DNA of 64,000 nt from positions 186,001-250,000 of the forward strand of contig JAPDFW010000079.1 in assembly GCA_028826165.1 (NCBI GenBank), given 5' to 3'. Shown in pieces: positions 63,027-64,000 of the stretch. This DNA comes from Anaeramoeba ignava BMAN (taxonomy: Eukaryota > Protista > Anaeramoebae). The notes under the pieces are model-generated. The model saw only the letters and a program-made list of their open reading frames with translations, ran no database searches and was not told where the DNA came from. Positions within the stretch are counted from its first letter, which is position 1. Each line of letters opens with the position of its first letter. A program made the position numbers and the translations under genes.

Positions 63027-64000
63027 GAGTGATTTGAGGCTGATGTGAAAAATTTTTTTTTGTTTATTTTTTTTCCCTTTTTTAATTAAAATTGAACAAG
63101 AAATCTCGATAAAAGCCTCAAATTTTGGTGCTTCCTGAGGCACGATAAAGGTTTATTTCTTTGAGAATTAGAAAAATTGAATCAAAAAAATCAATCAAAA
63201 AAAATCAATCAAAAATCAATCAAAAAAAAAGAAAAATGAATTAGATTCTTGTTAAAGAAAAAAGGAATAGAAAGAGTGATTATTTTTTCTTAATCTTCTC
63301 TTGTAAAAATCATCATTGTAAAAGTATCTTTTGTTCTAAAAGGATTCACGGGAAATATATGAGCATCACTTATTCCAAAAAAATTTGAACTAGTTTCGGT
63401 TTCTAAGATTTCAGTCCAATAATGACCTTCATTGGCATTTCCAATATGGTGTATTGATCCAAGCAATTTCATTTCAGTTTCTTGATTAGGACAACTCTGA
63501 AACATGAAAGATTTGACATTGATCTTTTCTTCACATTGAATTTTGGTTCCAATTCTTGTTGTAGATTGAGTCAAGGAATCATAATAAGTTCTCTTGAAAA
63601 AAATAACCAAATATTTAGGAATAGTCAAAAGAGACAATTTAATGGAGCTTTCTACTTTTTGGTCACAATTTTCACAGTGATAATGTTGAGAGAAATCTAA
63701 ATCCTTTTCAGAGAAATAATTATCGAGCATTGAAGAAATGCTAATTTCTCCGTTCAAAATTGGAAAGCTAATCACAAGACTTGTTTCTTGAGGAAAGGAG
63801 TAAGTAAATCTTTTACATTTCTTACATGTCACTTTTTGCACAATACGAATGCGAAAATCATTTATTATAGCTCGATTGTGAATATCAAATTCTTGATAAA
63901 GAAGATCATATGGAACATTGAAATCTGAAATATTCTCATTTGATATTAAATCCATCAAGGAAACAAAAAATTCATGTATATCTTGTTCATTAGTGTTGGA
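63027..64000 (-). mobile_element. Putative end of a DNA transposon-like insertion nested in the 5-phosphatase intron
   Basis: Sharp switch from satellite to complex sequence at GAGTGATTTGAGGC; inverted repeat ATTTGAGGCT (63032-41)/AGCCTCAAAT (63114-23); hairpin GTGCTTC-CT-GAGGCAC (63128-43); the host gene is unfinished. Transposase and far end are not visible. Confidence 0.45.
63290..64000 (-). CDS. USP (peptidase C19) deubiquitinase-like domain, 5' end outside the window
   Basis: Frame open to the window edge: EQDIHEFF (QQDAxEF box), CKKC and CENC zinc finger, PKYLVIFFKR, His box SIHHIG...GHYW, ISD. No intron in the visible part. Confidence 0.9.
   Translation of the reverse strand, partial: SNTNEQDIHEFFVSLMDLISNENISDFNVPYDLLYQEFDIHNRAIINDFRIRIVQKVTCKKCKRFTYSFPQETSLVISFPILNGEISISSMLDNYFSEKDLDFSQHYHCENCDQKVESSIKLSLLTIPKYLVIFFKRTYYDSLTQSTTRIGTKIQCEEKINVKSFMFQSCPNQETEMKLLGSIHHIGNANEGHYWTEILETETSSNFFGISDAHIFPVNPFRTKDTFTMMIFTRED

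Noticed and set aside
62409-63143. Minus-strand 244-aa (ILF)n ORF
   Set aside because: Antisense read-through of the 9-bp intronic satellite.
1-64000. Alternative (ciliate-type) genetic code
   Set aside because: Conserved genes translate fully with the standard code and end at TAA or TGA.

Overview
Very AT-rich, gene-dense eukaryotic nuclear DNA with GT-AG spliceosomal introns and the standard genetic code. The NQ/NE hexamer repeats, TCATT initiator-like motifs and expanded RCC1-BTB family suggest an anaerobic protist such as Anaeramoeba; this is inference, not verified. Single-copy genes: 5' part of a neurobeachin/LRBA-type BEACH protein, ERG8-type phosphomevalonate kinase, a large repeat-rich protein with PH-like modules, a Rab GTPase, RRP5, a DUF3228 protein, MCM2, a TVP15/COPI-associated protein and a PH-domain inositol 5-phosphatase. 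Expanded families: six RCC1-BTB genes (three end in a polybasic tract plus CaaX 'CLIF') and three tandem, mosaic, probably GPI-anchored beta-propeller surface proteins. Most notable: (1) 2-4 kb introns made almost entirely of A/T-only satellites, one satellite shared by two unrelated genes; (2) a probable mobile element carrying a USP deubiquitinase, inserted antisense in a satellite intron; (3) RCC1 propellers hypervariable in their loops but joined to near-constant BTB modules with a prenylation signal; (4) atypical splice signals (AAG/TAG acceptors only, +5 G rare). Most frameshifts sit in homopolymer runs and are probably long-read assembly errors. Exon coordinates were read by hand and may be off by a few bases.
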